A stretch of DNA of 64,000 nucleotides, taken from Gemmatimonadaceae bacterium (lineage in GTDB: Bacteria > Gemmatimonadota > Gemmatimonadetes > Gemmatimonadales > Gemmatimonadaceae). The notes under the pieces are model-generated. The model was not told where the DNA came from. It saw only the letters and a list, made by a program, of their open reading frames with translations, and made no database searches. Of this stretch, positions 61,011 to 64,000 are shown piece by piece (the first letter of the stretch is position 1; each line of letters opens with the position of its first letter). A program made the translations under genes and the position numbers. Where the stretch lies: assembly GCA_045803545.1 (NCBI GenBank), contig JBJMOW010000002.1, forward strand, positions 288,001 through 352,000, in the 5' to 3' direction.

Positions 61011-62012
61011 ATGAACGATGTCGTATCGCTCGCTGCGGAGCTGCTCGCGATTCAGTCGACGACTGGCGGTGAGACCGCAGTCGTCGACTATGTATCGCGA
61101 TGGCTCGTGGCCCGCGGATGGAACGTAACGTTGCAGGAAGTGTCGCGCGGTCGCGCAAATGTCTGGGCGTCTCGCTCGGGCAGCGCCAATGGCGTAGCGT
61201 TTTCGACGCACCTCGACACAGTTCCACCGTTCGTTCCGCCGCGGCTGGAGGGTACGCGGCTTTTTGGCCGCGGGTCTTCGGATGCGAAGGGAATAGCAGC
61301 GGCGATGCTGGTCGCTGCGGAGCGACTGGTGAACGACGGTGAGAAAAGAGTGGAGGTGCTGTTCGTCGTCGGCGAAGAAAAGGGCTCAGACGGAGCCCGT
61401 GCGGCGAACACCCTCAATGCAAGAAGTCGTTTTCTCATCAATGGCGAGCCGACGGAGAGCAAGCTGGCGAGTGGGGCGAAAGGATCTTTGCGCGCGACTA
61501 TCCGGACTCGCGGGCGCGAGGCACACTCTGCGTATCCGCATCTCGGTCAATCGGCGATCGAGCCGATGCTCGAGCTACTTCCAACTTTGAAGACGCTGCC
61601 GCTGCCATCCGACCCGGTGCTCGGCCAGACTACCGTCAACATCGGCACGATTCGCGGTGGTACGGAAGCAAACGTGGTCCCAGCGCAGGCGGAGGCGGAG
61701 ATCATGTTCCGTCTGGTCGGCGACGTTGAGCCAATCAAGAAAATGGTTCTCGATTGGGCGACAGGCCGGGCTGATGTCGAATTCGGCTCCAACATTCCCG
61801 CTCAGCGTTTCGCAACCGTACCCGGTTTCGAGACGGGGCCGGTCGCGTACACCTCTGACATTCCGCTGTTGTCAAACTGGGGCGAGCCGTTGTTGTTCGG
61901 TCCCGGATCAATTCATGTTGCGCACACGCCTGACGAATTCATCGACGTCGATGAATTGCGGCGCAGCGTCGACACCTACGAGCGATTAGCTCGCACTCTT
62001 CTCGCGCGATGA
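61011..62012 (+). CDS. M20 family metallo-hydrolase (ArgE/DapE-like)
   Basis: STHLDTVPP, GRGSSDAKG, GEE, GEPT, HSAYP, GPGSI.VAHT.DE; precedes asd-lysC. Confidence 0.9.
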   Translation: MNDVVSLAAELLAIQSTTGGETAVVDYVSRWLVARGWNVTLQEVSRGRANVWASRSGSANGVAFSTHLDTVPPFVPPRLEGTRLFGRGSSDAKGIAAAMLVAAERLVNDGEKRVEVLFVVGEEKGSDGARAANTLNARSRFLINGEPTESKLASGAKGSLRATIRTRGREAHSAYPHLGQSAIEPMLELLPTLKTLPLPSDPVLGQTTVNIGTIRGGTEANVVPAQAEAEIMFRLVGDVEPIKKMVLDWATGRADVEFGSNIPAQRFATVPGFETGPVAYTSDIPLLSNWGEPLLFGPGSIHVAHTPDEFIDVDELRRSVDTYERLARTLLAR

Positions 62013-63097
62013 CAAATTCACCAGTTCCGGGCAAACGGAAAACCAAGTGGCCCGTGGCCATTCTCGGCGCTACCGGAGCAGTGGGGCAGATGTTCGTCCG
62101 GATGCTCGCCGACCATCCATGGTTCGAGATCACCGAGTTCGCAGCATCGGAGCGGTCCGCGGGCAAGAAATACGCAGAGGCGACTCGTTGGCTGGAAGGA
62201 CCGCCGCCACCGCAATCTGTTCAGAACCGTCGGGTAATCGCGTGTGACCCCGGTGTCGTTTCAGCACCGATCGTATTCTCCGCGCTCGATGCTGTGGCGG
62301 CCGGCGAAGTAGAAATGGCGTTTGCCAAAGCGGGCAAGTTTGTGCTCAGCAACGCAAAAAACTATCGAATGGAGCCGGATGTACCGCTGGTGATTCCCGA
62401 AGTAAACGGAGATCACCTCGAACTGATCGACTGCCAGCGTCAACGTCGCGGTTGGGACGGCGCCATAGTCACCAACGCCAACTGCTCGGCAACTGTCGCT
62501 GCCGTCGCGCTCGCACCGCTGCATCAGCGATTCGGCATCCGGCAGCTTTTCCTGTCGACGATGCAGGCGGTATCGGGCGCGGGGTATCCGGGAGTGCCAT
62601 CACTGGACATTCTGGGCAATGTCATTCCTTACATCGCCGACGAGGAGCCGAAACTCGAGCGGGAGATGTTGAAGCTGCTCGGCACCTACGCCGACGGCGA
62701 AGTCACCAGCGCAAGCTTCAAAGTGAGCGCGCACACCAATCGCGTCGCTGTCGAGCATGGTCACACCATCTGCATGTCGATCGGCTTCGAAGAGGCACCA
62801 ACCCCCGAGCAGGCGATCGAGACGATGCGCTCGTGGCAGGGCCTCGCTTCGACTCACGGTTTGCCAACCCGGCCGAAAAACCCGCTGGTGGTGACGGATG
62901 CACCGGATCGGCCACAGCCCAGGCGCGACGTGTACGCCGGCGATGGGATGACGGTGACAGTCGGTCGAGTGCGACGCGATGCGATCCTCGATCTCCGTAT
63001 GGTAGCGCTCGGCCACAACACGGTGCGTGGAGCGGCGGGTGGATCGGTACTCAACGCCGAGCTGCTCGCCACCAACGGCGCGTTCGACTCTGTGTGA
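62009..63097 (+). CDS. asd: aspartate-semialdehyde dehydrogenase (archaeal/eukaryote-like type)
   Basis: ILGATGAVGQ, HPWF, VPLVIPEVN, TNANCS, MQAVSGAG, HNTVRGAAGG. Confidence 0.95.
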   Translation: MTNSPVPGKRKTKWPVAILGATGAVGQMFVRMLADHPWFEITEFAASERSAGKKYAEATRWLEGPPPPQSVQNRRVIACDPGVVSAPIVFSALDAVAAGEVEMAFAKAGKFVLSNAKNYRMEPDVPLVIPEVNGDHLELIDCQRQRRGWDGAIVTNANCSATVAAVALAPLHQRFGIRQLFLSTMQAVSGAGYPGVPSLDILGNVIPYIADEEPKLEREMLKLLGTYADGEVTSASFKVSAHTNRVAVEHGHTICMSIGFEEAPTPEQAIETMRSWQGLASTHGLPTRPKNPLVVTDAPDRPQPRRDVYAGDGMTVTVGRVRRDAILDLRMVALGHNTVRGAAGGSVLNAELLATNGAFDSV

Positions 63098-64000
63098 TCG
63101 TCGTAAAGTTTGGGGGGACCTCAGTCGGCGACGCTGACGCCATCGAGCGCACCGCTGCGATCGTGAAGGGGCGTCTCGATCGTCAACCTGCCGTGGTGGT
63201 ATCGGCGCTCGGCGGTGCGACCAACGCGCTCCTGGCAATCGGCGAGCAATCGGCGAAGGGTCATCTTATCGGAGCGTTGCGTGGCGTCGAAACGCTTCGC
63301 GATCGTCACTTCCAGCAATGTGAAAAGCTGCTCGGTACGTCCGCGGAAGCAGCTGAAGTTGCCGCCGAAATGAGCGCGACGTTCGACGAGCTCGCCAGTC
63401 TGGCGGAGGCGCTGTCGGTGCTCGGTCACGCCACGCCGCGCAGCTTCGATGCGATCGCTGCCTTCGGCGAGCAGCTGTCGTCCCATCTCGTGGCTGCCTT
63501 TTTTCAGCTGCGCGGAATTCCTGCCGAGCACGTCGATGCGCGCGATGTATTTGTAACCGATGACAACTACATGAGCGCCGAACCGCAGACAGATGAAATT
63601 GCGGGAGCCGCGCGGGATCTGGTCCTTCCGCTGCTGCAACAGGGCAAGGTGCCAGTGATGGGAGGATTCATCGGCAGAACGGCGAGTGGAATTACGACGA
63701 CGCTCGGTCGCGGTGGATCGGACTACAGCGCTTCGCTGTTAGGCGCGGCGTTGCACGCTAATGCGATCGAGATCTGGACTGATGTCGATGGAATGCTGAC
63801 TGCCGATCCGCGGGTGGTGAAAGGATCTCAGCTAATCGAGCAGATCAGGTTCGACGAAGCGTCCGAGCTTGCCTCCTTTGGCGCCAAGGTGCTGCACCCG
63901 AACACCATCGCCCCGGCTGTCCGTCTCGGGATTCCTGTTTTCATCTACAACTCGCGCAATCCGAAGGGGAAGGGAACGCGCATCACCTTCGACGCGCCGC
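63094..64000 (+). CDS. lysC: aspartate kinase, partial (runs off window end)
   Basis: Translated by hand from GTG 63094: MIVVKFGGTSVGD..VVVSALGGATN..GEQLSS..TTLGRGGSDYSA..WTDVDG..ADPR..FGAKVLHP. Confidence 0.95.
   Translation, partial: MIVVKFGGTSVGDADAIERTAAIVKGRLDRQPAVVVSALGGATNALLAIGEQSAKGHLIGALRGVETLRDRHFQQCEKLLGTSAEAAEVAAEMSATFDELASLAEALSVLGHATPRSFDAIAAFGEQLSSHLVAAFFQLRGIPAEHVDARDVFVTDDNYMSAEPQTDEIAGAARDLVLPLLQQGKVPVMGGFIGRTASGITTTLGRGGSDYSASLLGAALHANAIEIWTDVDGMLTADPRVVKGSQLIEQIRFDEASELASFGAKVLHPNTIAPAVRLGIPVFIYNSRNPKGKGTRITFDAP

Overview
A 64-kb, gene-dense, GC-rich (roughly 60% by eye) bacterial chromosomal segment. Gene content and lineage-typical small proteins suggest Gemmatimonadota (inference). 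I saw no prophage, transposase, integrase, CRISPR array or rRNA, and one tRNA-Leu(TAA). Main blocks: (1) a TonB-dependent receptor and a cytoplasmic histidine kinase; (2) a split 3-keto-glycoside (oxidation/elimination) sugar cluster made of a TIM-barrel isomerase/lyase, two Gfo/Idh/MocA enzymes, DUF1080, an NupG-like MFS permease and a GMC dehydrogenase with its Tat subunit, interrupted by a DHA2 pump and pilT; (3) UPF0182, a LytS/LytTR pair, mscS-DUF2156, fahA, a SET protein and an M13 peptidase; (4) apaG-cyclase-HAD-gnd-zwf-slt; (5) tilS-hpt-ftsH-folP; (6) DUF2723, an Ig/PPC lipoprotein and sahR-ahcY; (7) xseB-ispA-dxs-nadK-recN; (8) tRNA-Leu, a lipid kinase with a membrane tandem-DSP phosphatase, and a Rad52/22 operon; (9) M20 peptidase-asd-lysC. 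The best candidates for undescribed systems are: a non-phage Rad52/22 annealase with a Zn ribbon and SSB-like tail, plus a small Cys/His partner, under a LexA-like direct repeat; a lipid kinase/phosphatase pair; a leader-peptide/hairpin in front of the LytS/LytTR operon; and a TMEM260-like glycosyltransferase beside a Ser/Thr-rich Ig lipoprotein. Also notable are a variant SahR operator and two apparent non-canonical start codons (CTG, ACG). All family calls come from motif recognition; no database searches were run.
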